Counted from the first letter of the stretch, positions 10,008-17,384 are shown. The stretch is 18,584 bases of DNA from an uncultured Pseudomonadota bacterium (GCA_964454175.1 CAYVSA010000039.1:1-18584); one strand, 5' to 3'. The notes: generated from the letters alone by a model not told the origin. Numbers and translations are program-made.

Positions 10008-10190
10008 ATAGGGTCGTAAAAAGTCCATCCGTGGCTTTTTACTCTTCGGAAAGCGAAAAGCGTGGTTTTCCCTTTCCTCTCGAAACAATGACTTACTTTA
10101 CATGTCATTGCTTCGGGCGCTTCCAATGGGCGCGTTATAGGGTCGTAAAAAGTCCATCCGTGGCTTTTTACTCTTCGGAAAGCGAAAAGC
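10008..10190. repeat. Structured REP/MITE-like element: 129-bp unit plus an exact 54-bp second copy of its 5' part
   Basis: ATAGGGTCGTAAAAAGTCCATCCGTGGCTTTTTACTCTTCGGAAAGCGAAAAGC occurs at 10008-10061 and again at 10137-10190. The unit contains successive inverted repeats. Confidence 0.85.
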
Positions 10191-10253
10191 AACGAACACA
10201 GTCTTACTGCCCAGTTGGGACACTTTGCGTTCCCCGGGTGAAGGGAGATGACA

Positions 10254-10799
10254 ATGAGGAGATTAGCAGTAGCGTTTATCGGGATAGTAGCTGCAGCGGG
10301 TATGTTTTACGGACCGCCGGGAGTTTCCGCTGCAGATAGCATTGATGGAAAACAGCTAGTCGCCTCTCATGAGGGAAGCTCTGGTACGGAGTCCCTCCCG
10401 GCTGAGGTGGATTTCGGGAGGGCGAAGAGAGTATTCGAAAAGACCTGCTCACAGTGCCACAGCATCCAGAGGCCCCTGAGCAGGAAAAAGAGCAGGGCAG
10501 GGTGGGAGAAGACCATCACCAGAATGAGCTCCAATCACAAGGCCAGGTTCGGAAAGGGGATACCGCCCCTGGATCGCGAGGAGATCATCAGCTACCTGTT
10601 CGCAAAAAACACCTTCGAGGCCACCTGCTCCAAGTGCCACGCCCTGAAGCGTCCCCTGGGCAAGACCAAGAACAGGGCAGGGTGGGAGAGAACGGTTGCA
10701 CGGATGTCCAAAAATCACAAGGGAAGGTTTGGAGAGACAATCCCCGACGAGACTCAGGCTGCGATCATTGGGTACCTGCTTGAGAATGCGGGGCGTTGA
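10254..10799 (+). CDS. Exported diheme c-type cytochrome with two tandem ~60-aa heme domains
   Basis: Sec-type signal peptide (MRRLAVAFIGIVAAAGMF...VSA). Two CxxCH motifs (CSQCH 10446-10460, CSKCH 10626-10640), each followed by W-x2-T-[IV]-x-R-M. Start at ATG 10254 fits the SD AAGGGAG (10241-10247); 10248 is an alternative. Confidence 0.85.
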   Translation: MRRLAVAFIGIVAAAGMFYGPPGVSAADSIDGKQLVASHEGSSGTESLPAEVDFGRAKRVFEKTCSQCHSIQRPLSRKKSRAGWEKTITRMSSNHKARFGKGIPPLDREEIISYLFAKNTFEATCSKCHALKRPLGKTKNRAGWERTVARMSKNHKGRFGETIPDETQAAIIGYLLENAGR

Positions 10800-10846
10800 T
10801 TTTAAGAGACCGTGTCCCGGAACCCAGGTGGCAGCCCATGGCTGCA

Positions 10847-10936
10847 GTTCCAGGTTCCAGGTTTACTGAAGGGATAAATTATATACGCATTAGGACGATG
10901 GAAGTCACCAGAAACAAGAAACTTGAAACCAGAAAC
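10847..10936. repeat. Short heptamer arrays between the convergent cytochrome and dinB genes
   Basis: GTTCCAG GTTCCAG (10847-10860) and CAGAAAC AAGAAAC TTGAAAC CAGAAAC (10909-10936). Confidence 0.7.
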
Positions 10937-10950
10937 CGGCTCAAATTCCG

Positions 10951-12177
10951 TCAACTCACCGACGTTGACCTCATGCCCTTCTGCCGCCAGGCAGGGGATA
11001 TGACCTTGTGGTTCCTCAGGTCCCTCACTGAGTCGGCGCAGCTGACGGAGAATTCGCCGTAGCGGTCATTAATCGTGTCCAGTGCCTCCTGAAGGCACTC
11101 TCTTTGCCTCTCCAGGTCTATCAGTGAGTCTTGCCTGCTTCCGAAATCCAGGGAGCCCAGTGAGAGCCCCAGCAGCCGGATTGGATGGTCGAGGGTGATC
11201 TCGGAGAAGATCACGCAGGCAGCGTCGTATATCCTCCCCGTCATCCAGACGGGCGTAGAGAAAGTCTTCTGCCTGGAAAAGGTCTTGAAATCGTTGTACC
11301 TGACGGTCAGCGACAGCCTGCGTCCACTGCACGAATACCGCCTGGCCCTTCTACCAACCATCTCGGAAAGAGTGAGCAGTATTCTCTTCATCAGGGCCCT
11401 GTCGGTGATGTCCCGCCCGAGAGTCACGGAGTGGCCGACGCTCTTGACATCCTGGATCCCAGAAAGCATCGGGGTGACCGGCGACGCATCAGCACCCATG
11501 CCCATCTGCTTGAGAATCCGTCCAATTACCCCGAAACGGGCGGTGAGGGTGTGCTCGGGATAGCGCCCGAGCTGGCCGCAGGTTTCGATCCCCAGGGACT
11601 TTAACTCGACAACTGTTTTGGGCCCGATGCCGCAGATCTTTCCCACCGGCATCCTCTCAAGGAGGGCGGGGATCTCGCTGGCCTTCAGAACAGTGAGGCC
11701 GTTGGGTTTTTCCAGGCCGCTGGCCAGCTTTGCAAGCAGCCGGTTAGGCGCTATGCCAACAGAACAGGTAAGGCCCACTTCTTTATAGATCCTGTCCTTG
11801 ATCTTCTCTGCCAGGTCAACTGGAGAGCCGTGGAGGCTGAGCATCCCTGCGGCATCAACGAAGGCTTCATCCACTGAGAACGGTTCCACTGCCGGAGTGA
11901 AGGACTCCAGCACAGCCATGATCTTTTTCGATGCGTGGGTGTATTTACGGTGGTCGGCTCTTATGACCAGCAGGTCCGGGCACAGACGCAGGGCTGCACC
12001 CACTGTCATGGCTGTTCTGACACCCCGCCTGCGGGCTTCGTAGGATGAGGTTGTGATGACGGTCCGGACGCCGGGCCCTGCTACAGCTATTGGGCGGCCT
12101 CTGAGCGATGGGTTACACAGCTCTTCTACCGAGGCAAAGAATGCGTCCATGTCGATGTGGAGGATATTTTCACTCAA
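10951..12177 (-). CDS. dinB: Y-family DNA polymerase (Pol IV/DinB-like) with C-terminal extension
   Basis: ILHIDMDAFFASVE, SYEARRRGV, catalytic SVDEAF, SVGIAPNRLLAKLAS...KPNG, CGIGPKT and little-finger IRLLGL. Likely start is TTG at 12177, overlapping the upstream ORF's TGA (TTGA). Confidence 0.95.
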   Translation of the reverse strand: MSENILHIDMDAFFASVEELCNPSLRGRPIAVAGPGVRTVITTSSYEARRRGVRTAMTVGAALRLCPDLLVIRADHRKYTHASKKIMAVLESFTPAVEPFSVDEAFVDAAGMLSLHGSPVDLAEKIKDRIYKEVGLTCSVGIAPNRLLAKLASGLEKPNGLTVLKASEIPALLERMPVGKICGIGPKTVVELKSLGIETCGQLGRYPEHTLTARFGVIGRILKQMGMGADASPVTPMLSGIQDVKSVGHSVTLGRDITDRALMKRILLTLSEMVGRRARRYSCSGRRLSLTVRYNDFKTFSRQKTFSTPVWMTGRIYDAACVIFSEITLDHPIRLLGLSLGSLDFGSRQDSLIDLERQRECLQEALDTINDRYGEFSVSCADSVRDLRNHKVISPAWRQKGMRSTSVS

Positions 12178-12428
12178 ATCCTGCTCTCGATCCTTTCCAG
12201 CTTCCACGAAAGGGAGATGTTGTCCAGGACGAGTTCGTAGAGGTCAGCGCCATCGGTAACCGCGAAATGGTGGAGCATGGCCGAACCCCTCTTTTCCATC
12301 CAGGAGTACGTTGTTTCCTTCACGCGGAACTTCTGCCCCTTCCAGATAAACCACGCAGGCTGGACCCTGCTCCCTGATCCGAACACTGCGCCGACGACTA
12401 CTTTTTCCGAAAGGCCCTCAACCTTCAT
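12174..12428 (-). CDS. Small beta-rich protein resembling a stand-alone ImuB C-terminal domain / DUF6504-like protein
   Basis: 84-aa ORF overlapping lexA (ATGA) and dinB (TTGA) by 4 nt each. Pattern P-x-W-F-x-W-x-G...V...W...HF-x-V...YEL...W-x-L. The ORF is well supported by context; the family call is from pattern recall only. Confidence 0.7.
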   Translation of the reverse strand: MKVEGLSEKVVVGAVFGSGSRVQPAWFIWKGQKFRVKETTYSWMEKRGSAMLHHFAVTDGADLYELVLDNISLSWKLERIESRI

Positions 12429-13060
12429 TTTGTCCTTCTGCTCCCGTTCATGAGTCTGATGATCCCCTGGACTTTTCCAATGATCCTCGCTTCACTGCCC
12501 CCAGGCTTCAGTACAATGGGGTTGAACTCAGGGTTTGAAGGCTCCAGACGGGGAGGGGAGTTCCGTCTGGCCTTTTTGAAGCGCTTGAGGGTCGCCTCAT
12601 CGCCGACCATCGCAACTACGATATCGCCATCTTCTGCTGTCTCCTGCCTGCGGACAAGGGCAAGGTCTTCCGGGGCGATGTGATCGCCTATCATGCTGTT
12701 GCCCTTCACCCGGAGCAAAAAGGTGTCCTCACCGGCAATAGATGGGTCCAGCACAAGCTCCCCTTCGACGTCCTCAACCGCCAGGTCCAGGGGACCTGCG
12801 GGGACTGTTCCCAGGATCGGAACGCTGGTGTGTGGGAATGCGCTGCCGCCTGAAAGCTCTATGCCCCGGGACAGCCCCGGCTTGCGTTTTATCCAGCCCT
12901 TTTCCTCCAGGGAGGCCAGGTGCTTGGCCGCCCCCCTGGGACTTGTCAGGCCGAGGTGGCCCGCAAGCTCCCTGACAGTCGGGGGGTAGCCCCTTGTTGT
13001 GCTAAATTCCCTTAGGAATCCAAGAACCATTTTCTGTTTTTCGGTGAGTTTTCTTTTCAC
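12425..13060 (-). CDS. lexA: LexA SOS repressor
   Basis: LTEKQ...GYPPTVRELA...HLASLEEKGWI winged HTH, cleavage site VPAG, catalytic Ser (GNSM) and Lys (ATLKR), PSNPEF, IIGKV. GTG at 13060 follows AAGGAAG; TTG at 13081 is an alternative. Confidence 0.96.
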   Translation of the reverse strand: MKRKLTEKQKMVLGFLREFSTTRGYPPTVRELAGHLGLTSPRGAAKHLASLEEKGWIKRKPGLSRGIELSGGSAFPHTSVPILGTVPAGPLDLAVEDVEGELVLDPSIAGEDTFLLRVKGNSMIGDHIAPEDLALVRRQETAEDGDIVVAMVGDEATLKRFKKARRNSPPRLEPSNPEFNPIVLKPGGSEARIIGKVQGIIRLMNGSRRTK

Positions 13061-13118
13061 TGACTTCCTTTTTTGACCCAAGTTCCAGGTTTCAGGTGGG
13101 TATGGATAATTCAGTTAC

Positions 13119-13160
13119 CTGAGTCTTGGGTCCTGGGTCCTGAGACCTGAGACCTGAGAC
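13119..13160. repeat. Heptamer tandem array in the lexA leader
   Basis: CTGAGTC TTGGGTC CTGGGTC CTGAGAC CTGAGAC CTGAGAC. Confidence 0.85.
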
Positions 13161-13167
13161 CCTATCT

Positions 13168-13189
13168 ATGGTATACATATGTATACCAT
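13168..13189. promoter_or_regulatory. Perfect 22-bp palindrome, candidate LexA operator (SOS box)
   Basis: ATGGTATACAT|ATGTATACCAT lies upstream of lexA and overlaps the putative -10 element. Confidence 0.75.
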
Positions 13190-13208
13190 TTCCCCACCCC
13201 CAAATCAA
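13180..13208 (-). promoter_or_regulatory. Putative sigma70 promoter of lexA-ORF-dinB
   Basis: Minus strand: TTGATT (13208-13203), 17-bp spacer, TGg-TATACA (extended -10, 13185-13180). Confidence 0.5.
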
Positions 13209-13209
13209 C

Positions 13210-13238
13210 TTTACTTGCAAAAAATCTCGTGGTAGTCT
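13210..13238 (+). promoter_or_regulatory. Putative sigma70 promoter of smc, back-to-back with the lexA promoter
   Basis: TTTACT (13210-13215), 17-bp spacer, TGg-TAGTCT (13233-13238). Confidence 0.45.
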
Positions 13239-13287
13239 TCCGGGAGGATGGAAGTGCAAAGTACAACTTGATGGTAACGGAAAAACT

Positions 13288-16200
13288 ATGAAACTCAAGA
13301 GCCTCGAAATTCAGGGATTTAAATCCTTTCCGGAGAGAACTGTCTTCAAGTTCCGCTCCGACGGTTTGACTGTCGTTGTTGGACCCAACGGATGCGGCAA
13401 GAGCAACATCGTTGATGCCGTCCGATGGGCCCTGGGTGAACAGAGCGCAAAGCTCCTTCGCGGCCAGATGATGGAGGACGTCATCTTCTCCGGCAGCGAA
13501 AAGCGAAAACCCATGGGCATGGCCGAGGTCTCACTGATATTTGAAAATAACGGCCGTCTGGCCGGTCCGTGGTCCGAGTACACCGAAATATCCATATCAA
13601 GACGGCTGTTCAGGTCCGGCGAGAGCGAATACCTCATCAACGGTGTGCCCTGCAGGCTCAAGGACGTTAAAGAGCTGCTCGCCGACGCCGGGGGCAGCAG
13701 CAGAGGCTATTCCATAATCGAGCAGGGTAAAATTTCCCTGATAGTCAACTCAAAACCGGAAGAGAAACGCGCCCTCATTGAGGAAGCCGCCGGAGTTCTC
13801 AAGTACAGGATGCGCCGTCAGGAGGCGGAGAGGAAGCTCGAAAGGACGAAGCAGAACCTTCTCAGGGTCAGTGATGTTATTCGCGAGGTCAAACGCCAGC
13901 TGGACTCCCTGAAGAGGAGTGCTGCAAAGGCGAGGCGTTACAAGAGGCTAAGGGAGGAACTTGAAGGGCTGGTGCTTCACCTGCGGTTCGAAGAGTATCG
14001 TGAGATAAATGAAAAACTCGTGGAACTGGAGTCCGCTTTCGAGGCAAAAGGCTCAGCTCTTTCCGAGAAAGAAGCTTCTCTGAACATCCTCGAGGCGAGG
14101 GAGGAGACCCTGAGGCTCGATCTGGCATCGGGTGAAGACCGCATTACCGATCACTTCGAGCAGGTCAGTACCATCGAAAATGATATCGCCCGTCTGGAGG
14201 GAGACATCACTGTCAGGGAGGGTTCCATCCAGTCCCTCGATGAGAGGATCTCCAGACTCGAGGTGGACCGAGACCTCCTGGAAAAGCAGGGTGAGTCTGA
14301 AAAGACGGAAAAAGTCCAGCTTGAGCTGGAGCTTCAGTCCATCGTGCTGGAGTTCGATGAATGCGATCTCGAACTCAAGGAAGCCCAGAAGGGGTTTGAC
14401 ACAGCTGCCGCCGGGTTCGACAGGGCGAGCCAGCAGATGGATGCCACCAGGAAAGAGCAGTTCTTTCTGGGGACCGAGGGCAGCAGGATTAAGACCGAGG
14501 CTGAATCAGCTGCCAGGGCTCTTGACGGACTGGAGCGGAGGAGTGCCGAGATCAGCGCCCGGATATCGGACCTTGAAAAGAGGATAACGGATTCGGCCGG
14601 AAGCAGGGATCAAAAACGGCAGGAGAACCTGGAAGCTGTAAAGGAACGGGACAGTTTCCTGTCGGAGATCCAGAGACAATCTCAGATATTCGATGACAGG
14701 AAACGCGAACTGGAAAACCTGGACACCTCCATATCGGGACTCTCTGAAAACCTTGCCGAGATGAGGGGCCTTGAGAGGACTCTATCCCTCCTGGAAGAGG
14801 ACATGGAGGGATTCTCAGAGGGAGTGAGGGGGATTATCCGTGATTATGCTGGTTCAGGAGCGGGTGGCGTAGTCGGTGTTGTCGCTGATCACCTTCAGGT
14901 TCCCCAGGAGTACGAAAGGGCAGTGCTGGCTGTCCTTGGTGACAGGCTCCAGCATGTGATAGTGGATAAACCCGAAAACGGGCTGAGCGCTGTGGACTTC
15001 CTGAAGGAAAAATCCAGGGGCAGGGGAGGTTTCATCCCAAAAAGGCCCTGCAAGAACAGTAACGGCAACGGTAATGGTAACGGAAGGGTAGACTCAGGCA
15101 GTGAGGGTGCACTCGGCTACCTGTCAGATCTGGTAAGTTACTCTGACGACATGTGCGGTGTTGCAGATTTTCTGCTGGGTGACGCACTTCTTGTCAAGGA
15201 TCTGAAAAAGGCTCACCAGATCTGGATGAACAACGGGATCACAGCAACGATGGTGACCCTTGATGGTGATGTGGTGGAACCGGCGGGGGTGATCACCGGC
15301 GGCAGTGTTGATGAGAGGGGCCAGGAGCTGCTCGCCAGGAAAAGGAGATTGCAGGAGGCATCGGAGTCCGCGCAATCCCTGGCGGTAACCCTCGAGTCAA
15401 CTCGTTCCAGGCGCAGCCTTCTTCGCGAATCCATATCTAAAGCAGAGTCCGAACTCAAAAAGATGCAGGGCGACCTGCAGAACAGGGACCGGTCCTGCAT
15501 GGAGTCCCAGTCTGCCTTCGATCTTCTGAACAAAGATTACGAGCAGCTTGTCAGATCATCAGAGGACCTCGCCCTGGAGCGAAACATCATCGAAGATGAG
15601 GCGGAGTCTATCAGCGAGTCTCTCAGGGCGTCAGAGACGCGGTCAGCCGAGATCGAGGTTGAGGAGCGCGCTGCAGAACAGGCGATGAAGGAGTATGAGA
15701 GCAGCGCCAGAAAACTTGGTGTCGAAATGGAAAGCCTCCGTGCGGATCTGGAGTCAGTGAGGCTCAAGGCAAACGCGATAACCATGCGTCGGGAAAGTTC
15801 CGAAAAAGCCCTGACGTCGGCAAAGAGCCGAACCGCCGAGATGGAGGACCGGCAGTCCCGCATCTGCACAGAGATCGACACGGCGAAGGTCAGAATTGAG
15901 CACCACAGGACAGAAATAGCACAGGGCCGTGAAGAGGTGGAGAACCTGGCGGCGGACCTCGACCAGAAACGGGGGAGCCTGATCAAGCTGAGGGAGGAGC
16001 AGGAGGCCGCCAGGCAGGATGCAGAATCCGTGGCAGGCCAGGTGAGGGTGCTCAGGTCGGAAGCGGCCTCCACCAGGAGCGAAGTTGCTTCCCTCGACAT
16101 CCGGATCCACGAGCTCAGGACCGAGAGACAGAATCTTTCCACGAGGGTTTCCGAAGAGCACAACAGGCCGATTGAATCCCTTGCCGCTGGTGATTTCCCC

Positions 16201-16869
16201 GATGAGGTCTTCGATCGCAGGCTGGCACAGGAAAAGATCGGGACTCTACGGCAAAAGATATCTTCCCTGGGCGAGGTGAACCCGGGTGCTGTTGAGGAGT
16301 TTGACGAGCTCAACGACAGGCACGAGTTCCTCACGGTGCAGAAACAGGACCTGGAAGAGTCCATTGATTCCCTTCAAAAAGCCATCCGGAAGATCAACAG
16401 GGAGAGCAGAGAACGGTTCCTTGCCACCTTCGAGAAAGTCAGCGAGAAGTTCTCAGAGATGCTGCCCTTGCTGTTTTCGGGCGGCACCGGGGAACTATCA
16501 CTCATAGACGAAACAGACCCGCTTAACACCGGTGTGGAGATAAGTGTACGCCCACCGGGCAAGAGGTTAAGGAGTATGCAGCTTCTGTCGGGTGGAGAAA
16601 AGGCACTGGTCAGCCTGACAATGATCCTGTCGATGTTTCTCATAAAACCGAGTCCTTTCTGTATTCTGGATGAGGTTGACGCCCCCCTTGACGACGACAA
16701 TCTAATTCAGTTCACCAGGATACTGAAGGAGCTCTCAGCAAAGTTCCAGTTCCTCGTTATCACGCACAGCAAACCCACCATGGAGGGCGCGGATGTTCTC
16801 TACGGCATAACTATGAGGGAACCGGGTGCTTCCCAGGTAGTGTCGGTTAAACTCAAGGAGGCTGTCTGA
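13288..16869 (+). CDS. smc: Chromosome segregation protein SMC
   Basis: MKLKSLEIQGFKSF, Walker A GPNGCGKSN, Q-loop IIEQG, coiled coils, hinge (GRGGFIP, VTLDGD...GVITGGS), signature LSGGEK, Walker B ILDEVD and H-loop ITH. Start at 13288, not 13168. Confidence 0.97.
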   Translation: MKLKSLEIQGFKSFPERTVFKFRSDGLTVVVGPNGCGKSNIVDAVRWALGEQSAKLLRGQMMEDVIFSGSEKRKPMGMAEVSLIFENNGRLAGPWSEYTEISISRRLFRSGESEYLINGVPCRLKDVKELLADAGGSSRGYSIIEQGKISLIVNSKPEEKRALIEEAAGVLKYRMRRQEAERKLERTKQNLLRVSDVIREVKRQLDSLKRSAAKARRYKRLREELEGLVLHLRFEEYREINEKLVELESAFEAKGSALSEKEASLNILEAREETLRLDLASGEDRITDHFEQVSTIENDIARLEGDITVREGSIQSLDERISRLEVDRDLLEKQGESEKTEKVQLELELQSIVLEFDECDLELKEAQKGFDTAAAGFDRASQQMDATRKEQFFLGTEGSRIKTEAESAARALDGLERRSAEISARISDLEKRITDSAGSRDQKRQENLEAVKERDSFLSEIQRQSQIFDDRKRELENLDTSISGLSENLAEMRGLERTLSLLEEDMEGFSEGVRGIIRDYAGSGAGGVVGVVADHLQVPQEYERAVLAVLGDRLQHVIVDKPENGLSAVDFLKEKSRGRGGFIPKRPCKNSNGNGNGNGRVDSGSEGALGYLSDLVSYSDDMCGVADFLLGDALLVKDLKKAHQIWMNNGITATMVTLDGDVVEPAGVITGGSVDERGQELLARKRRLQEASESAQSLAVTLESTRSRRSLLRESISKAESELKKMQGDLQNRDRSCMESQSAFDLLNKDYEQLVRSSEDLALERNIIEDEAESISESLRASETRSAEIEVEERAAEQAMKEYESSARKLGVEMESLRADLESVRLKANAITMRRESSEKALTSAKSRTAEMEDRQSRICTEIDTAKVRIEHHRTEIAQGREEVENLAADLDQKRGSLIKLREEQEAARQDAESVAGQVRVLRSEAASTRSEVASLDIRIHELRTERQNLSTRVSEEHNRPIESLAAGDFPDEVFDRRLAQEKIGTLRQKISSLGEVNPGAVEEFDELNDRHEFLTVQKQDLEESIDSLQKAIRKINRESRERFLATFEKVSEKFSEMLPLLFSGGTGELSLIDETDPLNTGVEISVRPPGKRLRSMQLLSGGEKALVSLTMILSMFLIKPSPFCILDEVDAPLDDDNLIQFTRILKELSAKFQFLVITHSKPTMEGADVLYGITMREPGASQVVSVKLKEAV

Positions 16870-17228
16870 TGCCCTTCAAGGGAACTCTGGAGAGTGCCGT
16901 CACCCGGATAAAGGGGGCCACCGGCCTGATTCTCGTCGACAGCGAGGGTGAGGCCATCGACCAGTTCACTTACGGTGAGACGGATGACATCAGGATAGCA
17001 GGAGCCCAGCAGGGACTCGTTCTCAGGATGTGTGAAACTGCTATGAAGAGGGCCGGGAACGGGAACTCGATGAGGGCTGTGGGTATCAGGTCGGAAAGAA
17101 ATATCTTCAGCCTGGTCCCGGTTGCAGACGGGACATTCCTGGTACTAGTTCAGGACAAAACTGGTGTTCAATCGCAGGGGATTCAGGTCCTGATGGAGAC
17201 TATCCCCGAAATACTGGAACTGATCTAA
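16869..17228 (+). CDS. Roadblock/LC7 (MglB-like) domain protein
   Basis: 119 aa; MPFKGTL...V..IKGATGLILVDSEGEAID is typical of the roadblock fold. TGATG overlap with smc. Confidence 0.7.
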   Translation: MPFKGTLESAVTRIKGATGLILVDSEGEAIDQFTYGETDDIRIAGAQQGLVLRMCETAMKRAGNGNSMRAVGIRSERNIFSLVPVADGTFLVLVQDKTGVQSQGIQVLMETIPEILELI

Positions 17229-17337
17229 GTAACCCGGTACTGACGGCCGTCAGGTCCCTGGACTGCTTTTCACCTTGTAGTAACCCCAGGCAGCAAACAT
17301 GAAGTAAGTTGGGAAGTACTTAGCCTAACATTTTGAT

Positions 17338-17366
17338 TTTACGCAAGTTAAATCCGTTCATATCTT
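17338..17366 (+). promoter_or_regulatory. Putative sigma70 promoter of ftsY
   Basis: TTTACG (17338-17343), 17-bp spacer, TATCTT (17361-17366). SD GAGG at 17374-17377. Confidence 0.35.
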
Positions 17367-17384
17367 GATTGAAGAGGTCTTTTA

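Noticed and set aside
10008-10190. CRISPR array (two 54-bp repeats with a 75-bp spacer)
   Set aside because: Only two copies, repeat and spacer are too long, the spacer is structured and base-pairs with the repeat, and no cas genes are present.
9866-10339. 157-aa ORF with repeated RVVKSPSVAFYSSESEK, and the antisense 82-aa ORF
   Set aside because: These are translations of the DNA repeat; the longer one overlaps dgt and the cytochrome gene.
10831-10845. Hairpin GCAGCC-CAT-GGCTGC as an intrinsic terminator
   Set aside because: Short stem with no adjacent U-tract on either strand.
10796-11062. 88-aa + strand ORF after the cytochrome
   Set aside because: It runs through heptamer repeats and overlaps the dinB 3' end antisense, with no recognisable domain.
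13168-13287. 40-aa N-terminal extension of SMC shown in the ORF track
   Set aside because: That ATG lies inside the palindrome and promoter region. The conserved SMC N-terminus begins at 13288.
17229-17330. SRP RNA (ffs) upstream of ftsY, suggested by GTCAGGTCC and the palindrome CTGACGGCCGTCAG (17240-17253)
   Set aside because: The conserved GGAAGGAAGCAG continuation and the long SRP stem are missing.
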